DNA of 64,000 nucleotides from a virus. Within the stretch, counting starts at the first letter, position 1. The number at the start of each line of letters is the position of its first letter. A program made the translations under genes and the position numbers. The notes below the pieces were generated by a model, which had not been told where the DNA came from, made no database searches, and was given only the letters and a program-made list of their open reading frames with translations. Shown here in pieces: positions 26,908-35,566 of this stretch. The stretch is from the IMG/VR virus record IMGVR_UViG_3300044492_000179. One strand, 5' to 3'.

Positions 26908-27444
26908 TTATTTGGGTGAGGCCGCGTCCGGCCCTGGGAAATACCCCCAACCAACACTCGGAGCATAGGCCCAGCCGCCCGTCTCGGGTGGCGGCTTGAT
27001 CGCCTCGCCGTCAGGCGGCGGCGGCGGCAACGGCGGCACCACGATGGGATGCGTGGGATGCCCCGGATTCGGCCAAATCGTGACCGGCGGTCCGCCTTCC
27101 TGATAGGGCGGCAGCACGATCGGGTTGGTCGGGAACGGCCCTCCCTGCGACGGGCCACCACCAGGCGCGATCGGGTGCGACGGATAACCAGGGTACCAAG
27201 GCAAGCCTTGATCCGGATACGACGGCGCACCACCCCAGATGCCGGGTGGGCGGCCCGGCAGGCCCTGGTCGGGATATGGCATGTTGCCGCCACCCCAAAT
27301 GCCGGGCGGCTGACCTCCTCCGGGCGCGATCGGGTGCGCCGGATGCCCAGGGCTCGGCCAGATACCAGGCGGTGGCTCCGCAATCGGATGGGTCGGCACG
27401 CCGCCGTCGGTCAGCGGCGTAATCATCGCAAGAAATGGTCGCAT
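26908..27444 (-). CDS. Pro/Gly-rich repeat protein (PxHPI, PPGIW, YPDQGLP repeats)
   Basis: 178-aa ORF with RBS AGGAG, in operon orientation directly after the sheath gene. Confidence 0.75.
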   Translation of the reverse strand: MRPFLAMITPLTDGGVPTHPIAEPPPGIWPSPGHPAHPIAPGGGQPPGIWGGGNMPYPDQGLPGRPPGIWGGAPSYPDQGLPWYPGYPSHPIAPGGGPSQGGPFPTNPIVLPPYQEGGPPVTIWPNPGHPTHPIVVPPLPPPPPDGEAIKPPPETGGWAYAPSVGWGYFPGPDAASPK

Positions 27445-27502
27445 TTACTGTTTCTCCTTCGGTTGCAGTTCTCGCGGCGGATGATCACCAGTCTCTGGTG
27501 TG

Positions 27503-29041
27503 CTAAATCGCAATTGCTGTATCGATCCCTCTATCATATTGGAGACGGAACTGCGCCAGCACCGCGAAGATGCGGAGTTGGTTGATGAGGTCGGGCGGAT
27601 ACAGCACATCGATCCGGTTTGGATCGTTGGCGTTGCGCTCCACGATCAGGTTTTTCTTGAAGGCCTGCGCGTTCTCGACCCGGCCCAGGAACTCGTCGGC
27701 CCGGTACTGCGCGACCAATTCCGCCTTGATGATCTTCGGCGTCACGATGGCTTGCCCTGCCCCGAACCGCGTTCCGTCGTCCGCCAGCTTGTGACGCGGG
27801 TATTTGCTGGTGATGACGAAACGCTGCGAGCGGAACAATGCCGCCAGCGTGGCCAGCGTCGGCACCAACTCGTAGGCGTCGTCGCCCTGGCCGTAGAGGT
27901 TCTTCTGGTAGGTGGTGCTCTCCCGCATGATCGCCGGGATGCCGTCGTCGTTCACCGACTGTGTGGCGATTCCGACGCCAGCAAGTTGGTTGCATTGCGC
28001 CTTTGTGAAGCGCTGATGCTTTGGCGCGGGCAGGCATCCCTCCATTGCAAGCGTCTGCAGCGGTCGCGCCGGGTCGTTGAGCAGCGCGCGCGCGGCCTTG
28101 GCCGTGTAGGCCGCGGCCCAGTTCCACGAAGGAGTCGGCGAGGTGTCCTCCACCCCCATGATCGAAAGCACGCCGGAATTGTTGTTCGGGCCATACTGAA
28201 GGAGCGTTGCGACATCTCCCTTGTAGGCGCCGAACACATGTCCGTAGAGCTGCCGCATCCAACCCCAGCGACCAGTGTCGGAGAAGCCATATTCGGCCTC
28301 CAACTGCGTCAGCGAGGTGCTGTCGGAGAAGCCGGTGGCGACGTATTCGTAGATCTCGTCGCCCAGGTTGACGATGGCCTGCGTGAGATCGACGGTGCCG
28401 GTTCCGCCCGCCAGTTTGTTGTCGACGGGCATCGTGATAGTGAGGCCGACCGGCACGCGCTCCGCTGCGAGCGCCCCGCCATAGGCCAGCCGCACGTCGA
28501 TCTCGTTGCCTTCCACGCCCTTCCACTTCGCGGTCAGCGTGATGTCGGGACTGTCGGCCGGCGTCGTGGTAGCGATCACCGGCATCGACGGGTCCGCGTT
28601 GATGGCGACGGCGATCTTGCCGCCAACAACGGCGATAGCCTCACCGGCCGCGATGCTGACCTGCACTCGGCGTCCGGCGATGTAGACCGGCAGCGTGCCT
28701 GCGGCGGTCGCCGGCGCCGTCACCGTCATGGACGCGGTGGCGGCAACGCCAGCCGTCGCCTCGGCGATGGGGACTACCCACAGCTCCTGCGCAAAATTAT
28801 TGCGAGTGAATGACTCAACCATGCCGTCGAGCATCGAGCCGTAGCCGAACAGCAGGCGGGCGTCGGCCTGCGACGGCACCGGCACCGGCACGTTTGGAAT
28901 TGCGCTGCCGTCCGCGGTCATGGTTCCGATGATGAGCGAGGTCAGCCGCGACCGGGGATAGCCTGCCATCGAGGGATCTACTTCCACCCAGTATAAGGGC
29001 ATCCGCCAATTCGCGGGGATGCTGTTAAACGACACGGGCAT
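27503..29041 (-). CDS. Contractile tail sheath protein (Mu gpL-like)
   Basis: FNSIPANWRMPLYWVE, DPARPLQTL, YPRHKLADDG, DLINQLRIFA. Confidence 0.95.
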   Translation of the reverse strand: MPVSFNSIPANWRMPLYWVEVDPSMAGYPRSRLTSLIIGTMTADGSAIPNVPVPVPSQADARLLFGYGSMLDGMVESFTRNNFAQELWVVPIAEATAGVAATASMTVTAPATAAGTLPVYIAGRRVQVSIAAGEAIAVVGGKIAVAINADPSMPVIATTTPADSPDITLTAKWKGVEGNEIDVRLAYGGALAAERVPVGLTITMPVDNKLAGGTGTVDLTQAIVNLGDEIYEYVATGFSDSTSLTQLEAEYGFSDTGRWGWMRQLYGHVFGAYKGDVATLLQYGPNNNSGVLSIMGVEDTSPTPSWNWAAAYTAKAARALLNDPARPLQTLAMEGCLPAPKHQRFTKAQCNQLAGVGIATQSVNDDGIPAIMRESTTYQKNLYGQGDDAYELVPTLATLAALFRSQRFVITSKYPRHKLADDGTRFGAGQAIVTPKIIKAELVAQYRADEFLGRVENAQAFKKNLIVERNANDPNRIDVLYPPDLINQLRIFAVLAQFRLQYDRGIDTAIAI

Positions 29042-29061
29042 GTTCGCGGTCTCCTTCTCGG

Positions 29062-29694
29062 TCAGGGGTGTAGCGGACGCTGTCCGCCGTTTCGTCCCGC
29101 CTTCAACTGTGCTGCCCTGGCCAGCGCCATGGTGATCTCATTCTGCGTCAGGTCGTACTGGCGGATAATCTGCAGCACCTCCGCAGGATCGGTGTCCACG
29201 CTCGGATAGCGCGTCTCGACATGGATCGTGTTCAGCATGTCCGGCACCCTCGGGGGGTGCCAGTCGGTGAACACCATCATCAGCTCGACCCTGATCTCGA
29301 ACAGCGTTGTCTCACCGACCTTGGCGTATTGCGACTTCCGGTCCATGCCGGTGAAGCCCTCGACCAGCCGCACGAATGTCGGGTCCTCCAGCAGGATCTC
29401 GTCCGCCTCCGACATCCATTCCTCCAGCGCGTCGAGTTTGTTTTGGTCGTCGGTCTCGGCGTGCACCGCACCCGAGAAGCCCAGCGTCAGCTCGGCCTGG
29501 AATTTCGGCTCGGCGTGATTTGCGGACCCCAATGGCCTGCGCTGCTCACGCAGGATGTAGACCCCCAGCAACGGCAGGTCCGCGGGCGTCACCTGCAGCG
29601 CGGGCGTGTTGCGGTAGGTCTTGAAGCGCGTGGTGAAGCCAGCCTGCAAGCGCGCCATCGCGGCGGTCTGCATCATGCTTGCATAGTGGCTCAT
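29062..29694 (-). CDS. Tail terminator/completion-type protein
   Basis: Start MSHYAS at 29694; DLPLLGVYILRE; position between head-tail joining and sheath genes. Confidence 0.6.
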   Translation of the reverse strand: MSHYASMMQTAAMARLQAGFTTRFKTYRNTPALQVTPADLPLLGVYILREQRRPLGSANHAEPKFQAELTLGFSGAVHAETDDQNKLDALEEWMSEADEILLEDPTFVRLVEGFTGMDRKSQYAKVGETTLFEIRVELMMVFTDWHPPRVPDMLNTIHVETRYPSVDTDPAEVLQIIRQYDLTQNEITMALARAAQLKAGRNGGQRPLHP

Positions 29695-30056
29695 GGCCCG
29701 TCCGGTGGGTGCTGAATCCGCAACAGCAGTGCCGCGCCGCCCTGCCCATCCAAATCCACGTCGCCGATCCAGTATTTCGATCCGAATGCGGGGTGGCTGA
29801 TGTCGACGATTTCGACGAGGTCGCCGCGCCCCGGCGGCGGCAGGGCGAAGTCGCGCAGCCGGATGCCCAGCGAGGTCTGCTGGTCGCCAAAGATGGTCTC
29901 GTCCTGCATCTGCACGTCGATCGGGTTGGACGAGAAGACTCCGCGCGCCACGAACGGTGGTGCGCCTGGATTGGACACAAGCTGCGTGAACGTGCACGCG
30001 ATGGCGAAAATGTCCTCGCACGGGGACAACACCAATGCGTCGAAATTCACGCCCAC
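29691..30056 (-). CDS. Head-tail joining protein
   Basis: 121 aa; P..GDLVEI...YWIGDV..DGQGG..LLLR pattern of gpFII-like proteins. Confidence 0.65.
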   Translation of the reverse strand: MGVNFDALVLSPCEDIFAIACTFTQLVSNPGAPPFVARGVFSSNPIDVQMQDETIFGDQQTSLGIRLRDFALPPPGRGDLVEIVDISHPAFGSKYWIGDVDLDGQGGAALLLRIQHPPDGP

Positions 30057-30116
30057 CGTTTTGGCTCCTCAAAAAGGCGGATGCGGCCGCGACCGCATCC
30101 AAGTTAGGGGAGGAAT

Positions 30117-30470
30117 TCAGGGAGTTGAGATTGCTATTGCCAGTTTGCAGTCGACTTTTTGCAGCGTTGGTCTATCGCGCGTGCCGGACCGCAGCTTGAT
30201 GAAGCCGACGGTGCGCGCCCACGTCCTGTCGATCACGATGCCTTGGTTTGCCCGCGCCACGACGACGATTTCTTTTCCTTCGTCATCGAACATATCGTTA
30301 TAGCCATTGCCGTCCGACGATACCTGGAACGACATTTGATTCGGCATATCGCCGTCGTTGTACTCCTGGGGCACGGTGATGCGGACGATGGTTCCAGCCG
30401 AACAATCAGCTCCATCCGAAAGGCTTTCTCCCGCGTGGATGGTTGGACCGTCGATAATAACAAGCGGCAT
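30117..30470 (-). CDS. Hypothetical head-region protein
   Basis: 117-aa ORF between capsid and head-tail joining genes. Confidence 0.6.
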   Translation of the reverse strand: MPLVIIDGPTIHAGESLSDGADCSAGTIVRITVPQEYNDGDMPNQMSFQVSSDGNGYNDMFDDEGKEIVVVARANQGIVIDRTWARTVGFIKLRSGTRDRPTLQKVDCKLAIAISTP

Positions 30471-30506
30471 TGGCAGTCCTCCAGATAAAGGGTGGCAAGG
30501 TGCAGA

Positions 30507-31520
30507 TCAGGTGTGTGTGCCCTTTAGCAGCGCGAGCGGACGCGAGCAGAAGTTGAGGGCATTCATCTGCGTGTCCATGTGGACGCCTTTGTCATTCGGC
30601 ATCTGGTACTGTTTGACGTAGCGCGGCAGGCCCATCGTGTTCACGGTCTCGATGTAGTCGGCTGGCGCATAGACCGTGGGGAACAGGTTCGGCACGCCTG
30701 TGGGATAAAAGTAGGCAGCGTCGGTCTCGATGATCGGCACCCCTTGCGCATAGCCGCGATAATTGGTCCACAGGATGCCGCCGAACACGAACGAGCCCCA
30801 GGTCTGACCTCCGCTGATGTAAGCGCTGCGCAATTCGGCAGCGTCCTGCGTTTGGAGGTATGTCGAGCGCACCTCGGCGCATGCGATCAGTGCATCGAAG
30901 AACGCATCGCCAACGATTGCCTCAACGCCGGTAAAGCCCTGACCATCAAGATTGGTGCCCATGGTGCGGATGACCTGCGCGCATATCTGGCGAATGTTCC
31001 CGGTTGCCGGCGCCGTGCTGAATGGGAAGTTGATCGCCGCTGGCGGGGTTATGCCGTACTCGTTGAACAAATTGAGCGTCGTGCCATCGGCATAGGTGAC
31101 GATGCCCTTGATCGCACCAGCGCGAGCGTATTCCTGCGTATATTCCAGCGACTGTCCGGCAATTTGCATTCGCTCACCGACTTTCGTCATCACTGCTTCG
31201 GTGCCTGTTTCCTGTCCGAAGGGGCGAACGCCCTGGACTTCTTCGGCCATGATGGCGTCGTTGATCTCGAAGTGCGGGACCGCGAGCATGCGCAGGGCGC
31301 GGCGTGGCTTCGGCATCGTGTGGCCGGGAGCGCCGCGCGGCGTCGGCGCGATCAGCATCAAGATGTTGTTGTTTTCCTCGATCGACACCGCCGTGGTCGC
31401 AACGCTGATCTCGTTGAAGATGCCCCTGCTGCTGATAAAGCCGGGTTTGAATTTCAGATTGTTGATTGCGATTGAAAGCGGCACCACGCCATAGGCATCG
31501 CCGCGAAAGATGTCGAGCAT
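30507..31520 (-). CDS. Major capsid protein (lambda gpE family)
   Basis: PHFEINDAIMAEEVQGVRPFG, TQEYARAGAIKG, YAPADYIETVNTMGLP, SRPLAL. Confidence 0.9.
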   Translation of the reverse strand: MLDIFRGDAYGVVPLSIAINNLKFKPGFISSRGIFNEISVATTAVSIEENNNILMLIAPTPRGAPGHTMPKPRRALRMLAVPHFEINDAIMAEEVQGVRPFGQETGTEAVMTKVGERMQIAGQSLEYTQEYARAGAIKGIVTYADGTTLNLFNEYGITPPAAINFPFSTAPATGNIRQICAQVIRTMGTNLDGQGFTGVEAIVGDAFFDALIACAEVRSTYLQTQDAAELRSAYISGGQTWGSFVFGGILWTNYRGYAQGVPIIETDAAYFYPTGVPNLFPTVYAPADYIETVNTMGLPRYVKQYQMPNDKGVHMDTQMNALNFCSRPLALLKGTHT

Positions 31521-31573
31521 TTCCGTGATCCTTTGATTAGCTGCCTATCGGCGAGCGGTTGATGGATGCCCGC

Positions 31574-32422
31574 TTAGTAACGGACGATGATCCCAGCGGC
31601 GGCGAGAGTGGTCAGGCCGATGGCCTGCTCCGGCACGGTGATCGCACCCCAGTTGATGCAATAGCCGTTGATCTCGCAGTCACGCACCAGCACCGCGATG
31701 CGCAGACCGTTGGTCGGATTTGACGTGCCGCCGTAGAGCGCAATCGCGCTGCAGTCCGCGCCCACCGCAGCCGGAACGAAGGTTCCCGGCGTGTTCGATG
31801 TCGGCGCGACCGTCTGCTTCAACGGCTGGCCGACCTTGATGGTGACGGGATCGGCGAGATAGGCATACGCCCGCGAGCGCTGACCGTTGGCTTCCGTCAG
31901 AACCATCTCTGTCGGATGCGCGGTTTCGTTATAGAGCGGATACGATGGCGTCCCGGCGAGCTGGTTGATCTGGTCCATCTGCTCTGGCGTGACAAAGCCA
32001 ACAATCCCCTTTTCCTCGTTGTCTTTTGCGATTTCCTCCGGGGTGCGGCTTGCGCGCTTCTCATCTTCTTCGAGGCGCTCGGCAGGGCTGAGTGCTGCGC
32101 GGCGCTCGTCTTCTTTCCTGCGGTCATCCTGATGCTTCTGGACAAGCTCGCGGCGCTCCTTGAGCGCCTTCTGCTCGTCGGCAAGCTGCTGTTGCTGCGC
32201 CTCGAACAGCTTGTCGGAATACTCGCGAGCCCTTTCCCGGGCCTTTTTTTGGATTTCTTCATTCTCATGCCGCATCTTTTCGTCGTTCTGCTTCTGCGTG
32301 CGGCGCTGGTCATCAGAAACGTAGCCTGGATCGCGCGGATCACTGGTCCCAGCGATAGGGCGCTCGACCGGGCGGTGTTCGCCACCCTTGGTCGTGGGAT
32401 TTTCCTTGGTGTGGTCGGCCAT
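31574..32422 (-). CDS. Head decoration protein (gpD-like) with long charged N-terminal extension
   Basis: C-terminal HPTEMVLTEANGQRSR...AIALY...LVRDCEIN is decoration-protein-like; about 140 aa of E/K/R/Q-rich sequence precede it. Confidence 0.7.
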   Translation of the reverse strand: MADHTKENPTTKGGEHRPVERPIAGTSDPRDPGYVSDDQRRTQKQNDEKMRHENEEIQKKARERAREYSDKLFEAQQQQLADEQKALKERRELVQKHQDDRRKEDERRAALSPAERLEEDEKRASRTPEEIAKDNEEKGIVGFVTPEQMDQINQLAGTPSYPLYNETAHPTEMVLTEANGQRSRAYAYLADPVTIKVGQPLKQTVAPTSNTPGTFVPAAVGADCSAIALYGGTSNPTNGLRIAVLVRDCEINGYCINWGAITVPEQAIGLTTLAAAGIIVRY

Positions 32423-32439
32423 ATCAAAAACCTCCTTTT

Positions 32440-33522
32440 CTACTTGGTGCTGCGGCGCGCGTTGATCTTGTCGGTGATCTTTGCCCATGCCGCCGCTGGC
32501 GGCGTTTGTGGTGCAAGCGGGTGGTGGGGCATCACCGCCGGTTCTGCCGTTTGCATTGCCAACAGCTCCTTGCGGACCTGCTCCACGGGGGTGTTCGCGC
32601 GCACATAGGCACCGACACGCTCTGGTGCGCGCGCCAGTGTGCAAAGGTCGGTCACATCGGTGACGTACCGACGATGCTCATCGACGCCCTGCTGCTTGGC
32701 AGCATTCAGATCGACCACCTTCTCGCTCCTGGGCGAGCCTGGGGTCGGGGGCGGCTCCTTTGGCGTCGGCCGGGTGACCGGCGGCTGCTCGGCGGGCGCC
32801 TCGTGCGGATGCTCCTGATAACCCGGGGGCGGGGCCGGAGGAACGGTGGGCTGCCCCTCCGGGCCCCCAGGGGCCGGTGCAGTTTGAGGCGGGTCGCCCT
32901 GCGCGGTCCCTGTTTCTGCGCGGAAGCGATCGGCCGCCGCCTTCGGCAACAGGCGCAATGAGAATTTTGCAGCCATCTTTTTCTCGGCCGTGACCTCATC
33001 TGCGAAGCCCCACTGCTTGGCTTCGGTCGCGTCCATCAGGCGATCCTCTTTCATCAGCGCCTTGACTTTGTCGGTCGTGCTTTTCGCGCGTGCGACGTAA
33101 GTCGCGGTCAGCGAGTTGTCGATGCGATCGAGGTCGTCGGCGGTAGCGCGCATGACATCGGCACCGCCCAGCGCCAAGCCGGAAGCGCCGTGGATCAGCA
33201 GGAATGAATTTGATGGCATCACGATCTTGTCGGCGGCCATTGCAATGAATGACGCGGCAGACGCGGCGATGCCGTCAATCTGCGCGGTCACCTTGGCCTT
33301 GTGGTTTTTCAGCGAGTTGTGGATCGCGACACCATCGAACACATCGCCACCCGGCGAGTTGATCCGCAGCGTGATGCTGTCGACATCACCCAGCGCATTG
33401 AGGTCATCCAAGAATTGCTTGGCCCCGATGGCATCCTCGTTCCACCATGACTTGCCAATCTCGTCGTAGATGACGATCTCGGCGGCGGTCTGTTCTGCCT
33501 TCATCGTGTACCACTTGCGCAT
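32440..33522 (-). CDS. ClpP-like (S14) prohead protease with scaffold-like C-terminus
   Basis: IYDEIG, INSPGGDVF, IDGIAASAASFIAMA, LIH, WGFAD; Pro-rich linker then helical tail. Confidence 0.9.
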   Translation of the reverse strand: MRKWYTMKAEQTAAEIVIYDEIGKSWWNEDAIGAKQFLDDLNALGDVDSITLRINSPGGDVFDGVAIHNSLKNHKAKVTAQIDGIAASAASFIAMAADKIVMPSNSFLLIHGASGLALGGADVMRATADDLDRIDNSLTATYVARAKSTTDKVKALMKEDRLMDATEAKQWGFADEVTAEKKMAAKFSLRLLPKAAADRFRAETGTAQGDPPQTAPAPGGPEGQPTVPPAPPPGYQEHPHEAPAEQPPVTRPTPKEPPPTPGSPRSEKVVDLNAAKQQGVDEHRRYVTDVTDLCTLARAPERVGAYVRANTPVEQVRKELLAMQTAEPAVMPHHPLAPQTPPAAAWAKITDKINARRSTK

Positions 33523-33534
33523 CGCATTACTCCT

Positions 33535-35121
33535 TCACGCCGCATCCTCTGTGGCCGCCTGGTCCGCCGCCTCCTGCGCGGCTTGATCGGCGGCCTCCTT
33601 GTCTCTGGCGTCCTTCTCGGCCTGCTCGCTCGGCGTCAGTGGCTGCGTGGCAGCGGCGGTATGAACCGCAAACACCAGATCGAGCCGTTCCGCGCGCGCC
33701 TGATCGGCCGCAATTCGCAGATCGTTCTCCTCCGGGTCCGACCCTTCGGCTTCGATCACGTCGCTGCGGCTCTTGAAGCCCGCATCGACGGCGAGTTTTT
33801 CAGCCTGACGATCCTTCAGCGGATCAACCCAATCGTTGCGCTGAGGTATCCACTTCGCACGCTGATAGCGCGCCTGATCCGCCAGATACTCACTCGCTCC
33901 TATCGGGACTGCCTGCGCCAACACCGCCGTGTCGAGCCACCGCTTCCAGATCGGAGTGCACATCTGGAACACGATGATCTGATGCTGGAACTGCTCGAGC
34001 TTGCGCCTGTATTCCACGATGGAGCCGCGCAACGAGGAATAGTTCGCGCGTCGAAGGTCTGACGTTCCGACCGAATATGGAATGCCGAGAGCAGAGTAGA
34101 TCGCCAACTGCTGGCGATATTGATAGGCCTCATAAGTGCCACCGACATCGGCGGGCTCGGAGAACTTGATGTCCTCGCCCGGAAGCAGTGTCTGCATGGT
34201 GCCCGGTTCCAAACCCGACAGCCCGATGTTCTCCTGCGGGGCGCTGGTGTCCACGCCATCGATGGGGATGACGTCCTCGGGGGTCGGTGTCGTGATAAAA
34301 CCAGCGAACATCGCCGCAATGCGTTTGCGCTCCAGCTCGGCGTCGTCGTACTGATCGAGCAAGAACATTCGCACCAGCGCCGGGGTGATCAGGGGCACAC
34401 CGCGCATCTGACCGGGCCGCGTGCATTTGAAGATGTGCAGCACCTCGGACGCCGGAATTCGCACCGGGGCAAGCGATGCCATCTGCACTTCAATCGGCAT
34501 GTCGCCCGGATGCGTCGGATAGAACCAATACGCTGCACGCTTGCCCAGCAGATCAAGCTCGATACCGTTCATGATCCAGTTGCCGTTCGGCGCTTGCCGG
34601 TTGAACCAGTACGGACACATCTCGCTTTCGAGCAGTTGCACCTGCATCGGCACCACATACCCGTCATCCGGCTTGCGATTGCGAAAGCGGATGAACACCT
34701 CACCGGCTTCGAATATCGAGCGCGCTGCTATGGTTTGCATTCCGTAAAAGTCGGCAATGCCGTCCGCGTCCGTCTGGTCGGTCCAGTCCAGCCACGTCTG
34801 CATGATGGTCTGACGCAGATCGGCATCAGCCTCGTCGCTCAGCAGTGACGATGGCTTGATGCCTGTGCCGATCAGATTTGCAACGAAGCTCTCGCAGGCG
34901 GCACTGGCGTGCGGGTTGTTGCGCAGTGCATCGCGCGCGCGGGCGCGCAGCACGGCACCTGTCGCGGACAGTATGACGTTTGTAGTGTACTGGGTCGGCA
35001 TCCACGACTTCAGCCGCCGCCGCTGCCCGCCGCCGTCATACTGATTGCGTGCGCTCTTGCTGGTCTTAGAGATGAACCGCCCCAGAATGCCTTCCGACAG
35101 GATGTCGCGCACGGTGCCCAT
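33535..35121 (-). CDS. Portal protein, lambda family
   Basis: LRARARDALRNNP, RPGQMRGVP, NYSSLRG, WVDPLKD. Confidence 0.95.
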   Translation of the reverse strand: MGTVRDILSEGILGRFISKTSKSARNQYDGGGQRRRLKSWMPTQYTTNVILSATGAVLRARARDALRNNPHASAACESFVANLIGTGIKPSSLLSDEADADLRQTIMQTWLDWTDQTDADGIADFYGMQTIAARSIFEAGEVFIRFRNRKPDDGYVVPMQVQLLESEMCPYWFNRQAPNGNWIMNGIELDLLGKRAAYWFYPTHPGDMPIEVQMASLAPVRIPASEVLHIFKCTRPGQMRGVPLITPALVRMFLLDQYDDAELERKRIAAMFAGFITTPTPEDVIPIDGVDTSAPQENIGLSGLEPGTMQTLLPGEDIKFSEPADVGGTYEAYQYRQQLAIYSALGIPYSVGTSDLRRANYSSLRGSIVEYRRKLEQFQHQIIVFQMCTPIWKRWLDTAVLAQAVPIGASEYLADQARYQRAKWIPQRNDWVDPLKDRQAEKLAVDAGFKSRSDVIEAEGSDPEENDLRIAADQARAERLDLVFAVHTAAATQPLTPSEQAEKDARDKEAADQAAQEAADQAATEDAA

Positions 35122-35553
35122 CTACAGCCCTTTGTCGGCTGAAGTGGTCATCCTGATCTGGCGGATGCGACCGCCCTGACCCAAGGCCGCGGCCAAATCC
35201 TCTTCGAGACCGTTGAGGATCTGCCGCATCTCGGCGAGCGAGCGGAATTCGGTGCGCTTGTCTCCGTAGCCAGCACTGTTGACGCCGGAAACGATGATCG
35301 CCTTCAGCGCCGTGATCTGGCTGACGATCTGTTCGGGAGTTTCCTTGCCGGTGCGGCCGCCTGGAGCAAGCAATCCGCGCACCAGCGCAAACTGCGTTGC
35401 GGTTGGCGTTGCAGCTTGCGAGGTCTTCTTGTCAGGCTGAGATGGCGGGGCAATGCCCGCTACTTCCCGCACAAACGGCGATGGCTGCGCGAGCTGCGCC
35501 TGCAGCGCGGCGATCTGCGCAAGCAGCTCTTCGCGGGTAGGTTCCGAAGGCAC
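35122..35553 (-). CDS. gpW-like head completion protein with N-terminal extension
   Basis: C-terminal half YGDKRTEFRSLAEMRQI between terminase and portal. Confidence 0.65.
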   Translation of the reverse strand: MPSEPTREELLAQIAALQAQLAQPSPFVREVAGIAPPSQPDKKTSQAATPTATQFALVRGLLAPGGRTGKETPEQIVSQITALKAIIVSGVNSAGYGDKRTEFRSLAEMRQILNGLEEDLAAALGQGGRIRQIRMTTSADKGL

Positions 35554-35566
35554 GATGCGGAGCCCG

